Assembly: GCA_002084955.1 (NCBI GenBank)
Contig: MZGJ01000004.1
Span: 3,155 to 67,154 of the forward strand
Direction of reading: 5' to 3'
Source of the DNA: a candidate division CPR3 bacterium 4484_211
GTDB lineage: Bacteria > Patescibacteriota > 4484-211
DNA: 64,000 bases
The notes beneath the pieces were generated by a model. It worked only from the letters and a program-made list of their open reading frames with translations. It searched no databases and had not been told where the DNA came from. Shown piece after piece: positions 62,517 to 64,000 of the stretch; the stretch's first letter is position 1, and every line of letters begins with the position of its first letter. A program made the translations under genes and the position numbers.

Positions 62517-63092
62517 TCATCTTCCCAAGATCTTTAGGCATTCCCTAATTTTATCTTGTACCGATAAATCTGTGCCAATTTTTCTTATTGCCTCTTTGGC
62601 CTCCCTTTTGGCGTATCCCAGACTTACCAAAGCTTCAACAACCTGCTTTGTTTCCGGATCTTCTTCCAGTTGGGAGAGATCAAAATCCTTTTCCTTTCCG
62701 AACTTGGATTTTAGTTCCAAAATGATCCGGCCGGCATTCTTTTTACCAATACCGGGCACGGAGGTAAAAACATGAGTGTAATTCTTTTCTACCGCCTCCT
62801 TGATCTCGCTGACCGAGGCCTGCGAAAGAATACCCAAAGCACTTTTGGGTCCTATGCCGGAAATATCAATGAATAACGAGAAAAGAGTTTGTTGTTCCAG
62901 TGAGTCAAATCCGAAAACTTCTAGTTCATTCTCCCGCACGTAAAGATAGGTGTAAAGGTCTACTTTATCGCCTTTTTTCTTCTGGGACAGTAAGGACAAG
63001 GGGACGCGAACCTTGAAAGATACCGGGCCGAGGCTAATGATTAACGATTGGCTAATTTTTTGTTCAACTGTTCCGCGAATTTTAAAAAGCAC
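62517..63092 (-). CDS. ruvA: Holliday junction DNA-binding protein RuvA
   Basis: HhH motifs SGIGPKSA and PGIGKKNA; EAL.SLGY. Confidence 0.95.
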   Translation of the reverse strand: MLFKIRGTVEQKISQSLIISLGPVSFKVRVPLSLLSQKKKGDKVDLYTYLYVRENELEVFGFDSLEQQTLFSLFIDISGIGPKSALGILSQASVSEIKEAVEKNYTHVFTSVPGIGKKNAGRIILELKSKFGKEKDFDLSQLEEDPETKQVVEALVSLGYAKREAKEAIRKIGTDLSVQDKIRECLKILGR

Positions 63093-63229
63093 GGTAGTAA
63101 AATTTAAGATGCGGTAAACTTTGCTTTGTTATGACCGGGAATTGTTTCATTAAAGATTTACTGTAAATTGAGAATCATTTCTACAATATTGCATTATAAC
63201 TTAGGATGTTCTCCCTTTTTGTTGGACAC

Positions 63230-63781
63230 TTATGACTCGTTCTCAACTTGCTTGATTGACCTTTCGCTTTGTGTTTCATGTTTTATGCTTACTGCTGCTG
63301 TATAGGCTACGGCTAGCGCATCGGCCGCATCATCAGGTTTGGGTATTTCTTTAAGGTTTAGAAGGCGCTTGATCATTTTCTGGACCTGGATTTTTGCTGC
63401 CTGTCCGTAACCGCAAACGGCCAGTTTAATTTGAAGAGGGGTAAATTCGCAAATTTCTATCTTGCTGGCCTGTCCAGCCAAGAGAACTACTCCCCTTGCC
63501 TGTCCGACGACAATTGCCGTCTTAACATTCTTGCCAAAAAAAATTTTCTCAATGGCAACTAAATTTGGTTTGTATTGGACGATTAGTTGATTTGTTCTTT
63601 CATAAATTTTCTCCAATCTCTCGCCGAGCTTTTTTTCGGCCGAAGTTTTTATGATGCCGAAATTGCAGCTTCTGATTTTTGATTCCTGACTTTTAACGAT
63701 TCCCCAGCCGGTGGTGGCCAAGCCGGGGTCAATCCCGAGGATGGTGATGGATTTTTTTGGGGGCTTTTGATATTTTGGCAT
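63230..63781 (-). CDS. ruvC: Crossover junction endodeoxyribonuclease RuvC
   Basis: LGIDPG, IE, ARGV, DDAADALA. Confidence 0.96.
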   Translation of the reverse strand: MPKYQKPPKKSITILGIDPGLATTGWGIVKSQESKIRSCNFGIIKTSAEKKLGERLEKIYERTNQLIVQYKPNLVAIEKIFFGKNVKTAIVVGQARGVVLLAGQASKIEICEFTPLQIKLAVCGYGQAAKIQVQKMIKRLLNLKEIPKPDDAADALAVAYTAAVSIKHETQSERSIKQVENES

Positions 63782-64000
63782 TTGGGGGGGTGACTACTTT
63801 ACCGTGAGCCCAATACGCAAAAGTTATAGATTTTAGTTTTAAGTTATGGTTTCGAGTTTGGAACTCTGCGCTTTGACTTTTTACCATTCTATCTCTCTTT
63901 TCTTTTCTTGACAAGTTGTGCCATAATGGGGTTCAATAGGGTGCGGGGGCACGTCTAGGGGGCGCGTGGGAAGGCATCTCTCTTAAGAAGGGATGACATC

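Noticed and set aside
1-64000. Alternative genetic code (TGA as Gly, as in Gracilibacteria/SR1)
   Set aside because: Conserved genes are full length under code 11 and several end at TGA
63925-64000. Start of a structured RNA at the window edge
   Set aside because: G-rich with one hairpin, but truncated and not identifiable

Overview
This looks like chromosomal DNA from a Patescibacteria/CPR bacterium, probably Microgenomates-like. That is an inference from the compact gene set, the short PheT, the VirB2-like pilin domain, the DUF5665/DUF4870-type small proteins and the many apparently leaderless genes; the genetic code is standard code 11. The backbone is housekeeping: pilMNO, khpA-rpsP-rnc-nusB-rpmF-rsmD-recG, tyrS, a class A PBP, manC, pheST, rplT-rpmI-infC-thrS, tig, miaB, secG, uvrB, a CCA-adding enzyme, acs-gpmI-eno-ppsA-pgm, trmD, ruvABC and four tRNAs. 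Six layers stand out. (1) An accessory minus-strand cluster of GT-A glycosyltransferase, MpgP-like HAD phosphatase, GC-rich ATP-grasp ligase and M14 deacylase, next to about 900 nt of heavily base-paired non-coding sequence. (2) A 1506-aa glycoside hydrolase/beta-helix protein ending in a pilin-like domain, just upstream of pilM. (3) A RAYT (Y1 HUH) transposase with six copies of its REP, one translated inside ppsA and two bracketing a gene as 38-bp direct repeats. (4) A family of heptamer-repeat hairpin elements, one carrying a four-helix-bundle gene and one translated inside miaB. (5) A T-box upstream of thrS whose specifier does not read as a Thr codon. (6) An apparently leaderless infC starting at ATC. 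All calls come from reading motifs by eye; no searches or folding programs were run.
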